A stretch of 64,000 bases of DNA from Thermoproteota archaeon. Its GTDB lineage: Archaea; Korarchaeota; Korarchaeia; Korarchaeales; Korarchaeaceae. The notes under the pieces were generated by a model. That model saw nothing but the letters and a program-made list of their open reading frames with translations, searched no databases and was not told the origin of the DNA. Positions within the stretch are counted from its first letter, which is position 1, and each line of letters opens with the position of its first letter. A program made the position numbers and the translations under genes. Below are positions 1 to 10,229 of the stretch, piece after piece. The stretch is taken from NCBI GenBank assembly GCA_026986575.1, contig JALSOH010000004.1, positions 768,001 through 832,000 on the forward strand, given 5' to 3'.

Positions 1-174
1 GTAAGTAGCGCTGCGAGCGGAAAGAACAACGATACTGGTCTGAAGCTGGGTCACATCATCCTCATAGGCTTGGGAGTTGCTCTAGTAGTCATATTCGGTG
101 TCTGGTACTACAGAACCCTGAAGAAATTCGAGACATCGAAGAAGGGGAAAAAGAAGAGTAAGGGCAAGAGATGA
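1..174 (+). CDS. 3' end of a membrane-anchored protein (partial)
   Basis: Frame 1 is open from the window edge (VSSAASGKNNDTGLKLGHIILIGLGVALVVIFGVWYYRTLKKFETSKKGKKKSKGKR*): TM helix plus basic tail; TGA overlaps the next ATG (ATGA 171-174). Confidence 0.75.
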   Translation, partial: VSSAASGKNNDTGLKLGHIILIGLGVALVVIFGVWYYRTLKKFETSKKGKKKSKGKR

Positions 175-884
175 GGGGGCAAGAGGATAGTAGTTGGGAG
201 GGGAAGGCCCTCGCCTTCCTACTGGCAGCTACCATCCTCATGATGGTAGTTCCAACCCCATACCTCAGGGCACTCCTCTCATCCACAGTTTTCGTCTTGT
301 TGGTGAGGTATCAAGGAGAGGACCTGAAAATAGGTTCCCTGAAGAGATCCGTGGCCGCGTCATTACTCGCATTCGCGATGACCCTGCCCCTCCTGCTATT
401 CTCCAAACTAGAGTTCTCGGATTTCAATTCTGCGTTTCTACTCAGCGCGATCCCCTTTCACCTTTCAGTTGCCGTGTGGGAGGAAGTTGTCTACAGGGGA
501 TATCCTCTCCTGAGGTTTTCACGCGTGAATCTACTGGCATCGTCCCTAGTCTTCTCTCTTATCCACGCATTCAACCCGGGGTTCGGACTTCAAGCCTTTC
601 TAGGGATATTCATAGCCGGCCTCGCCTTAGGACTGGTGAGGTGCGAGTGGGGCCTCGGGCCCGCTATATCTATGCACTTCTCGTGGAACATCTCCATGGA
701 GCACCTCTGGGGATATCCCACGAGCGGACTGCGGGGACCCAGCGTATTCGTATCAAAGCTCATCGGATCGGACATTCTAACCGGCGGAAATTTCGGACCG
801 GAGGCCTCCATTATAGTGATGATAGAGTTCTCCTTACTCTTCCTTGCCCTCCGGTTTATGCGGCGATGGGACCGCTTACCTTAA
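171..884 (+). CDS. CPBP/Abi (CAAX protease-like) intramembrane metalloprotease
   Basis: EEVVYRG, FSLIH, HFSWN motifs; GGNFGPEAS; multiple TM segments. Confidence 0.9.
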   Translation: MRGQEDSSWEGKALAFLLAATILMMVVPTPYLRALLSSTVFVLLVRYQGEDLKIGSLKRSVAASLLAFAMTLPLLLFSKLEFSDFNSAFLLSAIPFHLSVAVWEEVVYRGYPLLRFSRVNLLASSLVFSLIHAFNPGFGLQAFLGIFIAGLALGLVRCEWGLGPAISMHFSWNISMEHLWGYPTSGLRGPSVFVSKLIGSDILTGGNFGPEASIIVMIEFSLLFLALRFMRRWDRLP

Positions 885-909
885 AGGTTTTCATCTGCGT
901 TCAACGCTT

Positions 910-1746
910 ATGTGGCTCGATCCCATATCCCTTCTGTGGTGGCTATTCATATTCTACCTGCTAATGGCCCCTCAGCTCCAGCATAGGGCCATCCAGAACG
1001 CCAGAAGAAAGGTCATGGAGGTCCTAGCTAGAAAGAGGGGAAGCAGCGTGATAACCCTCATCCATAGGGAGGAGTCCATCGGTCTGTTTGGGATACCCTT
1101 CTACAAGTTCATCGATATAGACGATTCCGAGAGCGTCCTGAGGGCGATAAGATCCACGCCCCCGGAAACCCCCATAGATCTGATAATTCACACGCCTGGA
1201 GGCCTCGTGCTGGCAGCTTCTCAGATAGCTAGGGCTTTGAAGAAGCACCCAGCGAAAACGACCGTGATAGTCCCCCACTATGCCATGAGCGGTGGTACTC
1301 TCATAGCTTTGGCAGCTGACGAGATAATCATGGACGAGAACGCTGTTCTAGGTCCGGTAGATCCCCAACTGGGTCAGTTCCCAGCTCCATCTCTGATAAA
1401 GGTCGTTGAGAAGAAGAGCGTGGACAAGGTTGATGATCAGACCTTGATACTAGCCGATGTAGCCGAAAAGGCGATAAACCAAGTGAGAGACCTCGTGACA
1501 TGGCTGCTTGAGGATAAGCTGGGCAGGGAGAAGGCTGAGGAGGTGGCGAAAACGCTGACTGAGGGAAGATGGACTCACGATTATCCTATAACCGTAGAAA
1601 TGGCGAGGGAGCTAGGTTTACCCGTTTCCACTGATGTGCCGTCGGAGGTCTATCAACTCATGGAACTCTTCCCGCAACCCCTGAAGACGAGGACCCAGAG
1701 TGTGGAATTCTTCCCCGCCCTGCCAAGGGGTGAGGGCAAGTCATGA
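910..1746 (+). CDS. ClpP-class/SDH-family membrane serine protease
   Basis: IHTPGGLV, AMSGGTLIALAADEI, LGPVDPQ, WTHDYPI; start placed at ATG 910 (MWLDP). Confidence 0.9.
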   Translation: MWLDPISLLWWLFIFYLLMAPQLQHRAIQNARRKVMEVLARKRGSSVITLIHREESIGLFGIPFYKFIDIDDSESVLRAIRSTPPETPIDLIIHTPGGLVLAASQIARALKKHPAKTTVIVPHYAMSGGTLIALAADEIIMDENAVLGPVDPQLGQFPAPSLIKVVEKKSVDKVDDQTLILADVAEKAINQVRDLVTWLLEDKLGREKAEEVAKTLTEGRWTHDYPITVEMARELGLPVSTDVPSEVYQLMELFPQPLKTRTQSVEFFPALPRGEGKS

Positions 1747-1791
1747 CTTTCACCATAGTTATTTTTATTTCCGTAATGGTTCTGTAGGGAG

Positions 1792-2232
1792 ATGCAGATG
1801 GATCCCGAGGAGATTAAGGCCAAGGTCCTGTATGCCCTGAGGTTCATCACAGATCCCGAAATACCGATAAATGTGGTCGACTTGGGACTGATCAGGAAGC
1901 TGGAGGTGGAAGACTCTAAAGTGTACCTGAGGGTTGTGATGACCGCCCCTGGCTGCCCATACTCCTCCATGATAGTCCAGCAAATAGAAGAGAGCATAAA
2001 GAGCGCGATACCCGAGCTGGAAGAGGTCAAGGTGGAGCTCGAAATATTTCCGCCTTGGACCCCCTTCGACATGACCGAGAGGGGGAGGGAGCAGTTCAAG
2101 AAGATGTACGGTTATGATTTGGCCGAAGGTTTCCTCAAGAGATATGGCAGCGTCGAGAACTACTACGAGCTGGTGAGGAAGTATTACGGCCTCGAGAAGG
2201 AGTCCAAAGAGGAAGGTGAGAAGGAGTCTTAA
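1792..2232 (+). CDS. DUF59/SufT (MIP18) metal-sulfur cluster assembly factor with short C-terminal extension
   Basis: DPEIPINVVDLGLI, TAPGCP, PPWTP. Confidence 0.9.
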   Translation: MQMDPEEIKAKVLYALRFITDPEIPINVVDLGLIRKLEVEDSKVYLRVVMTAPGCPYSSMIVQQIEESIKSAIPELEEVKVELEIFPPWTPFDMTERGREQFKKMYGYDLAEGFLKRYGSVENYYELVRKYYGLEKESKEEGEKES

Positions 2233-2367
2233 GCTAAAATCACCTGAATTTAAGCATCCTCGCATCTTTCAAAAATTTTTGTCGCTATAATGTCGAAAAG
2301 ACCTAATGCGATTCCCCAGATCGCCTTTTTAAGTAATCCCTTCCATTCAAGGAGGGGGTGTCCTCCC

Positions 2368-3531
2368 ATTAGAGCAGCAGTTTTGGGTGCCGGATCGGTT
2401 GGTAAAGCCATCTCGTATGATCTTTACGAAAGGGTGACGGGTTCCGACCTCATCCTCGTCGACAAATGCAAGCCCTGCCTTGAGGAGGCCTCAAAATTTA
2501 TCGGCAGGTCCGAAGTCAAGCAAGCGGAGATAAGGGGAGAGGACGACATCTACAGGATAATAAAGGATGTGGACGTGGCCGTAAATGCCCTCCCCGGACG
2601 CTTCGGCAAGGCCTCTTGGATAGCCGCCATCAAGGCTGGGGTGGACCTCGTTGATGTGAGCTACTCCCCTGACGACCCCACCCAGTACCATGTGCAGGCT
2701 AGCGATGCTGGAGTGACGATAATTCCAGATGCCGGTGTAGCCCCCGGGCTTAGCAACATGATGGCTGGAAGGGCCTACGCCCAGCTCGAGGAGGTAAAGG
2801 AACTCAAAATATATGTGGGTGGGATTCCTGAAAGGCCGATACCTCCTCTCGGATACTTGGTGACTTGGAGCCCCGAGGACCTTATCGAGGAGTACGTAAG
2901 ACCTGCTAGGGTCATCAACAACGGTAACATCGTTGAGAAGCCTGCCGTCAGCGAGATCGAGAGAGTCTTCATACCCGGGGTGGGCGAGCTCGAGGCCTTC
3001 CTCACCGATGGCCTCAGGACCATGCTCAAGACCCTCAAGGGAGTGGAGGTCATGGAGGAGAAGACCCTCAGGTGGCCCGGGCACGCCGAGAAGATAGAAC
3101 TCTTGAAGGTGCTTGGGTACTTGGACAAGGACCCGCTGGATCTCAACGGATCGAGTGTGAGCCCCGCTAATTTGACCGCCAAGCTGTGGAGGGAGAAGCT
3201 CAAAGGAGACACGAAGGATATGGTAGTCCTCAGGGTAATTGCCAGCGGCAGGACGAGCCTTAACAACGTGGAGATAGAGTATAGGATGGTCGACAGGTAC
3301 GACGAGAACACAGGATTCTCAGCAGTGGCTAGGACGACCGCCTTCGTCGCTACCGGCATGCTCAAGCTTATAACCGAGGGATCTATTCCCGGACCGGGAG
3401 TGATCCCACCTGAGGTCATAGGGATGGACGAGAGCCTCTTCTCGTCTGTGGCTGAGTGGCTCTCTTGGAGGGGGATAAATATACTGGAGAGGGTGACCGA
3501 GTCTAGGAGGATCCCCTCTATCCCCTCCTGA
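2368..3531 (+). CDS. Saccharopine dehydrogenase / lysine 6-dehydrogenase family protein
   Basis: Rossmann GAGSVG, DAGVAPGLSN, TWSPEDLIEEY, EKTLRWPGH, ARTTAF; start uncertain (ATT 2368 after SD, or ATG 2290). Confidence 0.85.
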   Translation: MRAAVLGAGSVGKAISYDLYERVTGSDLILVDKCKPCLEEASKFIGRSEVKQAEIRGEDDIYRIIKDVDVAVNALPGRFGKASWIAAIKAGVDLVDVSYSPDDPTQYHVQASDAGVTIIPDAGVAPGLSNMMAGRAYAQLEEVKELKIYVGGIPERPIPPLGYLVTWSPEDLIEEYVRPARVINNGNIVEKPAVSEIERVFIPGVGELEAFLTDGLRTMLKTLKGVEVMEEKTLRWPGHAEKIELLKVLGYLDKDPLDLNGSSVSPANLTAKLWREKLKGDTKDMVVLRVIASGRTSLNNVEIEYRMVDRYDENTGFSAVARTTAFVATGMLKLITEGSIPGPGVIPPEVIGMDESLFSSVAEWLSWRGINILERVTESRRIPSIPS

Positions 3532-3820
3532 GTTTCTCCTCCACCACCCTCACTTTGTACTCCATAGTTATCGTCTTGTCCCTTCTGTCATCTATCTTTA
3601 TGACGGTAACCACTCTAGGCGCTCCCTTGGAGAAGGGAGACTCATGCATCTCCTTCAACACTTTGAAGAGTTCATCTAGGTCTCCTTCTATCACCGTAGA
3701 TGTGGGAGTCAGCTGGTACTTGAGACCCGACCGCTTCACCACTTTCAAAGCCTCGGCAACGTAATCGCTGACGCTGGCCCCCACTCCAACGGGGACTATC
3801 GTTATCTCCGCCATGGGCAT
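3518..3820 (-). CDS. MTH1187/YkoF thiamine-binding family protein
   Basis: SVSDYVAEA, TPTSTVIEG, KIDDRRDK; GGGTGA SD before ATG 3820. Confidence 0.9.
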   Translation of the reverse strand: MPMAEITIVPVGVGASVSDYVAEALKVVKRSGLKYQLTPTSTVIEGDLDELFKVLKEMHESPFSKGAPRVVTVIKIDDRRDKTITMEYKVRVVEEKLRRG

Positions 3821-4071
3821 GAGATCACCCGTGCTCATCAAGTAACGAACAAGATTTAGGGTTTCCTTGGCCACGGCCGGTGATGCTATAAATTCATTCC
3901 ATTAACCTAGTGTGCCCAATCAATGCTATGTTGAGAGTAACTTGCCCGATATTAAGGTAAAGTCTACCATTTTTGATTCCCTCCGAACACTTCTTGGTAG
4001 TTGACCTCTTCTCATGACAGGATGACCTTTCAGCGCGGAAACATTATACGGGAATAGTTAACACATCTTCG

Positions 4072-4845
4072 GTGAGTATGAATACAGAGAGGTTCAGATT
4101 CGATGTGGAACCCCTAGATTTCCTCTTGCCCCAAGGCATACTCAGGAGCAGCCTGATAGGCGTCTTCGGGGAGACTGGTACTGGGAAGAGCGTTATGCTT
4201 AATGAGATAGCGTATCGTACCCTCAAACGAGGTGATAGGGTCCTCATGGTCCTGCTAGAGGATACCCCTACCTCTAGACTGATGAACTTCGCTGCTCTGG
4301 GCTTTGATGTGATGGACTACGTGAGGAGGGGCAACCTTGAATTCCTAGATTGCTTCTCCTACAGGCTCAGGGAGAGGGGTATCGAACTGCCCGAGGACCT
4401 AGCTAAGGTCTTAGACGGCGCCAAGGGAATAGTGAGCGTTGAGGATCCTAGAAACTTGGACGCATTCTGGGATCAGATTGAAAGGGACGCTAGAAGCATG
4501 AGAGGGAGGGGAGTTGTCCTGATAGATTCGCTGACCGAGTTTCTGACGATAACTCCGGATCCATCCTCGCTCTTGGATTTGATGAAGATAGTGAAGGCAG
4601 TAGTGAGTAAGCACTACAAGGTCCCGGTAATATACACCTTCCACTTCGGGTTCTTCGATGACTTCAGGTACGTGTTGGAGGTTGCCTCTGACGGGGTCTT
4701 GGACCTCAGATTCAACCCAGAGGTGATAAAGAAACTCCTGATAAAACAGATGAGGGTAAGGAGAATGGGCGGATCTAGGCACAGGCCTGATTGGGTTACC
4801 TTCGATGTGGAACCCGGTAAGGGACTCGTCATCCTGAGGAAGTGA
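4072..4845 (+). CDS. RAD55/KaiC-like RecA-superfamily ATPase
   Basis: Walker A GETGTGKS, Walker B VLIDSL, DGVLDL, RRMGGSRH. Confidence 0.85.
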   Translation: MSMNTERFRFDVEPLDFLLPQGILRSSLIGVFGETGTGKSVMLNEIAYRTLKRGDRVLMVLLEDTPTSRLMNFAALGFDVMDYVRRGNLEFLDCFSYRLRERGIELPEDLAKVLDGAKGIVSVEDPRNLDAFWDQIERDARSMRGRGVVLIDSLTEFLTITPDPSSLLDLMKIVKAVVSKHYKVPVIYTFHFGFFDDFRYVLEVASDGVLDLRFNPEVIKKLLIKQMRVRRMGGSRHRPDWVTFDVEPGKGLVILRK

Positions 4846-4863
4846 TCTTGGTTGAGGAGCTCG

Positions 4864-5496
4864 ATGAACGCTGCTAAAGCGATTCTGAGATCGAGAGGTT
4901 TCGAGATCATTGGGGAGAGAGTTCCCATTAGGAGGAGCGGCTTCGAGATAAGCGATGTGGACCTCATGGCCTCAAAAGAAGGTGAACTTTACGCGGTGGA
5001 GGTGAAGAGCGGCAGACTGGACGTCGGAGGGGTGAGACAGGCCTATGTCAATTCTCTCTTAGTTAATGCGAAGCCTTTGGTAGTCTGCAGGGGATTCGCA
5101 GATCCTTCGGCTGAGATCTTAGCAAAGGAGCTTGGAGTGGAGGTGATAGTGCTTGAGGACCTGTTCCTGTCCGACCCAGAGGAGTTGAGATCCATCATAA
5201 GGGAGGAGATAAGGAGAGGAATTATGGAAGTATTACCTGCAGTGATCAACCCTCCCGAACTTGAACCCACGGACTTAGATGTGCTGAAGGCGATAGCATC
5301 CACGGAAGAGTTCAGAGACGCAGCTGAGAGCCTTAAGATCAGTGAGGACGATCTAGGCAGGGAACTGGGCAGGATGAGGCTTCAGGGGAAGATACCTAGG
5401 TGGGTGAGGGATTACTCCGAGTTGAGGGAGTGGGCCATCTCCCTCCTGAAATCCCATGGGGTAACTTTTTCTCGTAGGTCCGTAGATAAGAATTGA
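4864..5496 (+). CDS. PD-(D/E)xK RecB/YraN-like endonuclease with C-terminal HTH-like region
   Basis: DVDLMA...AVEVKSG, VRQAYVN. Confidence 0.75.
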   Translation: MNAAKAILRSRGFEIIGERVPIRRSGFEISDVDLMASKEGELYAVEVKSGRLDVGGVRQAYVNSLLVNAKPLVVCRGFADPSAEILAKELGVEVIVLEDLFLSDPEELRSIIREEIRRGIMEVLPAVINPPELEPTDLDVLKAIASTEEFRDAAESLKISEDDLGRELGRMRLQGKIPRWVRDYSELREWAISLLKSHGVTFSRRSVDKN

Positions 5497-6080
5497 TGAG
5501 GGCGATTCTGATAATCGCTGCAGTGCTTATCGTCCTAGGTGCTGTCCTTCTCCTCTTAGGAACCTCCTTAAGCCCTCATAAATCTCCCGAGACCACTTCG
5601 GGTGCTGGTGGAGGTGGGAGTTTGCCCTTCACCTTGAAGTCCGTGTTCGCGAATGGCGAGAGGATCCCGATCAAGTACACCTGCGATGGGGAGGACATAT
5701 CCCCTCCCCTGACTTGGGAAGGTCAGCCCGAGGGCGTCGTGAGCTACGTGTTGATAGTGGAGGACCCCGATGCCCCGATGGGCACATTCACCCACTGGGT
5801 CATGTACAACATCCCGAGCAAGCTGACCTCGCTACCGGAGGGGGTCCCTAAACAGGGGAAGACAGAAGTCGGCTTGCAGGGGATCAACGATTTCAGGAGG
5901 ATAGGTTACGGTGGTCCCTGTCCTCCGCCCGGGAAGCCCCACAGGTACTTTTTCAAGCTGTACGCCCTTGACTCCACCTTGGACCTGCCCCCGGGTGCGA
6001 GGAAGAGGGATGTCACCAAGGCCATGGAGGGTCATGTGCTGGCCCAAGCCCAGCTCATGGGCATCTACGGCAGGGGCTGA
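5496..6080 (+). CDS. YbhB/YbcL (PEBP/RKIP-like) protein with N-terminal anchor
   Basis: YTCDGEDISPPL, DPDAP, FTHW, GYGGPCPP, HRYFFKLYALD. Confidence 0.95.
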   Translation: MRAILIIAAVLIVLGAVLLLLGTSLSPHKSPETTSGAGGGGSLPFTLKSVFANGERIPIKYTCDGEDISPPLTWEGQPEGVVSYVLIVEDPDAPMGTFTHWVMYNIPSKLTSLPEGVPKQGKTEVGLQGINDFRRIGYGGPCPPPGKPHRYFFKLYALDSTLDLPPGARKRDVTKAMEGHVLAQAQLMGIYGRG

Positions 6081-6240
6081 TTCTTCCCATCACCCCTTTT
6101 TTGGTGGAGTACTGCGATCAGCGAGACCAATGGGACGCCAGCTTACCGGCCATTCTCTTCATAATTGACCTTTATTTAACCAGCGTCAGAAATATAGGTT
6201 CCCTTGGAAACCACTCTTGGAAAAATGAGATCATGGGTTA

Positions 6241-6257
6241 AGGCTTTATTTTATCGA
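6241..6257 (+). promoter_or_regulatory. TATA-region motif AGGCTTTA(TA)TTTTATCGA, copy 1
   Basis: Near-identical to 7825-7843; both lie just upstream of gene starts. Confidence 0.5.
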
Positions 6258-6274
6258 CTGGCCGCTAGGCTCAA

Positions 6275-7591
6275 GTGATTCTCATGGGCAGACTCTCTAG
6301 AGAGGATGTGATTCGATTTTCCGACCAGTATATGATGACCAACGTGGCTAGGTGGTGGAAGGACGATCCAGTGGTCATAGAGTCAGGTAAGGGGGCGATT
6401 CTCAGGGATATGGATGGGAGGGAGTACATAGATCTCCATGCCATGCATGCGGTCGCCTCTCAGGGTTACTCTCATCCCAAGATAATTCAGGCGGTTAAAG
6501 AACAGCTTGAGAAGATTTTCGTGGTAGCGACTGACTTTTATAACGAGCCCCAAGCTCTCCTCGCCAAGAAGCTTGCTGAGGTAACCCCTCCAAATCTCAA
6601 GAGGAGCTTTTTCGTGAATTCAGGGGCGGAAGCGGTTGAGACAGCCACCCTCCTTGCCAAGAGGGCCACCGGAAGGCCTGGAATCATAGCTCTGTGGGGT
6701 GCCTTCCACGGCAGGACTCACATGCCTAGGACCCTGACGGGTTTCTCGAAGTACAAGAAGGGCATGGGTCCCTTTCCATACGGGGTGGTGCATCTCCCCA
6801 ACTACTACTGCTACAGGTGTCCCCTCGGCTTGGAGTATCCGAGTTGCAACCTACAGTGCGCTAGAATGCTCGACGATGCCTTGAAATATGCTGCTCCTGA
6901 GGAAGTAGCGGCCTTCATTGCGGAGCCCATTCAAGGTACAGCCGGGAACATAGTTCCCCCGCCTGACTACTTCAGGATAGTCAAAAACATCCTCGATCAG
7001 TACGGCATCCTCTTCATCGCGGACGAGGTGATCACTGGCTTCGGTAGGACCGGGAAGCTCTTCGCTATAGAGCACTTTGGGGTGGAACCAGATATAATGA
7101 CCATGGCCAAGGCTCTCGGGGGAGGATTCCCAGTCTCCGCGGCTATAGCTAGTGAGGAGGTGGGCACGGCCTTCAAGCCGCTGGATCACTACTCCACTTA
7201 TGGAGGCAATCCGCTCGCTATGGCAGCGGCCCTCGCAGCAATAGAGGTGATAGAAGAGGAGAACTTGGTGGAGAAGTCGGCTAAAAACGGAGAATACATG
7301 TTAAAGAGGCTCAAAGAGCTTATGGACGATCACGAGTTGATAGGGGAGGTGGACGGCAAGGGGCTGCTCATTGGCTTAGAGCTCGTCAAGGACAGGGAGA
7401 CGAAGGAACCAGCAGTGGAAGAGACGGCCAAATTCAGAATAGAACTCAGGAAAAGGGGTGTTATAATAGGCCCACCGGGATGGACTGGTTCGAGAATTAG
7501 GATAAATCCACCGCTCGTGATCGCTAAAGAGCAGATAGACCGCGCGATAGAGGCCATCGACGAAGCGCTCACAGTTGTAGAGAGGGAATGA
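6275..7591 (+). CDS. Class III PLP aminotransferase
   Basis: NSGAEAVE, FHGRT, EPIQG, ADEVITGFGRTG, PLP lysine in MAKALGGG, STYGGNP. Confidence 0.95.
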   Translation: MILMGRLSREDVIRFSDQYMMTNVARWWKDDPVVIESGKGAILRDMDGREYIDLHAMHAVASQGYSHPKIIQAVKEQLEKIFVVATDFYNEPQALLAKKLAEVTPPNLKRSFFVNSGAEAVETATLLAKRATGRPGIIALWGAFHGRTHMPRTLTGFSKYKKGMGPFPYGVVHLPNYYCYRCPLGLEYPSCNLQCARMLDDALKYAAPEEVAAFIAEPIQGTAGNIVPPPDYFRIVKNILDQYGILFIADEVITGFGRTGKLFAIEHFGVEPDIMTMAKALGGGFPVSAAIASEEVGTAFKPLDHYSTYGGNPLAMAAALAAIEVIEEENLVEKSAKNGEYMLKRLKELMDDHELIGEVDGKGLLIGLELVKDRETKEPAVEETAKFRIELRKRGVIIGPPGWTGSRIRINPPLVIAKEQIDRAIEAIDEALTVVERE

Positions 7592-7824
7592 TTCTCGTCA
7601 GCCTAACGCTAACAATTTTTTACCTTTTATCGCTCTTTGTCGATACGAATCTCGGACTTATTTATTGACTTTTTTACAACACAGTTCTTTGCGTAAATTT
7701 TATTTAGTTATAAATTTGTATAAGGTAAATTGACCCAAGCATATGGCCTTTATCCACCTATAAGAAAAACGTTTTTCTCCGTTTTCAGCTCATATTGAAT
7801 GCTATCCGAGACCCACTATAGGAG

Positions 7825-7843
7825 AGGCTTTATATTTTATCGA
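7825..7843 (+). promoter_or_regulatory. TATA-region motif AGGCTTTATATTTTATCGA, copy 2 (ABC operon promoter)
   Basis: TTTATA box about 50 nt upstream of ATG 7881; matches 6241-6257. Confidence 0.55.
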
Positions 7844-7880
7844 ATCTCGTCAGGTTAACACCTTAGGGGGTGTTACCCTA

Positions 7881-9266
7881 ATGGATACGAAGACATGGAT
7901 CTTGGCTATCGTGTTACTGATTGTGGGTCTACTGGTAGGATATTTCGCTGCAGGCCCAGGTCAGGTTAAGACTGTCACCACCACTAAAATGGTGGAGAAG
8001 ACCGTCACCGTCACGAAGACGGTGGCTAGCACGACTTCTCAGCCAGCCCAGACTACGACTGCCCCTGCTAAAAAGGTTGAAGTCAAGGTCGGTATTCTGC
8101 TCCCCTTGTCGGGAGGTTCCGCTTTCTCCGGACAGGAGGATCTGAGGGGAATCCAGCTGGCTGCTCTTCACATAAATCAGAGTAAGTATCCCAATATCAA
8201 GTTCACGATGAAGCTCGTGATCGCAGATACCCAGACCAAGCAGGATGTGGCCGTTACGGAGCTAAGGAGGCTCGCTCAGGAGGGAGTGGTCGCGATAATA
8301 GGTGCTTATAACTCTGCAGTTACTTACCCGTCTGCCGCCGAGGCCGAGAGGATCGGGCTACCCTACGTCGTCCCTGAGTCTGTATCAGATAAGATTACCG
8401 CCCAGGGATGGAAGTACGTGTTCAGGACCTGCGCTAACGCTAGCAAATACGCTTACGACACCCTTTGGGCCATGGCCGACATCGCTAAGGCCAATGGTGT
8501 GGAGGTCAAGTCCGTGGCCCTCATATACGAGAACTCCGACTTCGGAGTCACCACTACAGAGGGACTGAAGAAGTACCTGAGCAAGTTCTTCCCGAACGCT
8601 AAGATTGTGCACGAGGAGAGCTACCCAGCTGAGGAAGTAACGAGCATGGACGACATGGTTGCTAAGCTCAAGGCCGAGAACCCTGACATAGTGTTCCACG
8701 TAGCTTACCTGAAGGACGCTGTCCTCTTCGTGCAGACCATGAAGAAGCTCAACTGGTACCCGAAGGCCTACGTGGGTGCTGGTGCCGGTGGACAGACCAG
8801 GGTGGAGTTCATTCAGCAGCTCGGCGCTGATGCCAACTATGTATACACCCAGACCGAGTGGCAGCCTGATTTCCTGAACTCCAAGGCCCTCGGAAAGTGG
8901 GCTTGGATAAATGACGACTTCAAGAAGCTCTATGGAAGAGACATGGTCGGTAGCTCTGCTCTCAACTATGTGGGGACCTATGTGCTTGCTGTGGCCATTC
9001 AGAAAGCCTTGGATTCCGGAGCTAATCCCAACGACATAAAGGCGTTCAGGAAGGCCGTAAGGGACGCGCTTGAGACCATCAAGATACCCGCGGGTGAACT
9101 CCCACTCATGCCTTGGGGTGTGGATCTCACCGTACCGAACCATCAGAATCCAGAGGCTGCAGTGGCAATGGCCCAGATACTTGAAGGCAAGTTCAGGGTA
9201 GTCTGGCCCATAGAATTCGCCCCAGTGAAAGCCGTGTTCCCTGCTCCATCGTGGGGGAAGAGATGA
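7881..9266 (+). CDS. Branched-chain amino acid (Liv-type) ABC substrate-binding protein
   Basis: N-terminal TM, Thr-rich linker, KVGILLPLSG, IGAYNSAVT, YVFRT, YENSDFG. Confidence 0.9.
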   Translation: MDTKTWILAIVLLIVGLLVGYFAAGPGQVKTVTTTKMVEKTVTVTKTVASTTSQPAQTTTAPAKKVEVKVGILLPLSGGSAFSGQEDLRGIQLAALHINQSKYPNIKFTMKLVIADTQTKQDVAVTELRRLAQEGVVAIIGAYNSAVTYPSAAEAERIGLPYVVPESVSDKITAQGWKYVFRTCANASKYAYDTLWAMADIAKANGVEVKSVALIYENSDFGVTTTEGLKKYLSKFFPNAKIVHEESYPAEEVTSMDDMVAKLKAENPDIVFHVAYLKDAVLFVQTMKKLNWYPKAYVGAGAGGQTRVEFIQQLGADANYVYTQTEWQPDFLNSKALGKWAWINDDFKKLYGRDMVGSSALNYVGTYVLAVAIQKALDSGANPNDIKAFRKAVRDALETIKIPAGELPLMPWGVDLTVPNHQNPEAAVAMAQILEGKFRVVWPIEFAPVKAVFPAPSWGKR

Positions 9267-9331
9267 AATTTCCCCACAAAATCCAACTTTTTCTTTCATC
9301 TTCTCCGTAAATTCCAATTAGAATTGGAGGG

Positions 9332-10228
9332 ATGGTAATGATTGAGTTAAGTGCGTACACACAATTGCTCGTTTCATACGCAATCTTGGGAGGGGTCTAC
9401 GGTCTTACCGCGCTAGGGCTCTCACTTATATGGGGTGTGATGAAGGCTGTTAACTGGGCTCATGGGGACTTCCTCATGGTTGGCATGTACACAGCTTTCT
9501 GGACCGTAACGCTATTCGGGATAGATCCTTACATAGCTGCTATAGTTGCTTTCATCCTGCTCGGCCTGATAGGAATGGCGACGCATATAATAGCTATAGA
9601 ACCTGTGGTGGAGAAGCCTGGCGGCCATGAGGCTACACTCCTCACTACCCTCGGCATATCGGTGATTTTGGAAAGTTTGGCCTTGATTCTCTGGTCTCCC
9701 AGCCCTAGATCCTATCAGAATGTGTATAAGGACACTTTCCTAGAGGTATTGGGTATAAGGACCAGTGTGGCCGAGGCGATAGCATTCGTGGTATCTATAG
9801 CCTCAATAGTAGCTGTGGACCAATTCCTCAAGAGGGTCAGGATAGGCAAGGCCATCAGGGCCGTATCCCAGAATCCTGTGGGCGCAAGGGTCGTGGGTAT
9901 AGATGTCCCCAAGATCCGATTAATGACCTTCGGACTCGGAGTGGGCCTTGCGGGAATGGCTGGAGTATTGGTCTCCACTTTCTATCCTAACATAAGGCCC
10001 CTCGCAGGATATGTGTGGGACATCGCGTCCTATGTGGTCGTCATCTTCGCTGGGTTAGGCACGATATACGGGGTCATCTTCGCCGGGATAATAATAGGAG
10101 TCACGGAAGGCTTTGGGACGATTGTATTCTCCAATGCCTTCAGACAGATTCTGGTATATGTTGTCTTCCTCGCCGTCCTCCTGCTCAGGCCACAGGGCCT
10201 ATTCGGTAAAGCATTGAGGAGGGTCTGA
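9332..10228 (+). CDS. livH: Liv-type ABC permease
   Basis: ALGLSLIWGV..VNWAHG, GKAIRAVSQN, LLLRPQGLFG. Confidence 0.92.
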   Translation: MVMIELSAYTQLLVSYAILGGVYGLTALGLSLIWGVMKAVNWAHGDFLMVGMYTAFWTVTLFGIDPYIAAIVAFILLGLIGMATHIIAIEPVVEKPGGHEATLLTTLGISVILESLALILWSPSPRSYQNVYKDTFLEVLGIRTSVAEAIAFVVSIASIVAVDQFLKRVRIGKAIRAVSQNPVGARVVGIDVPKIRLMTFGLGVGLAGMAGVLVSTFYPNIRPLAGYVWDIASYVVVIFAGLGTIYGVIFAGIIIGVTEGFGTIVFSNAFRQILVYVVFLAVLLLRPQGLFGKALRRV

Positions 10229-10229
10229 C

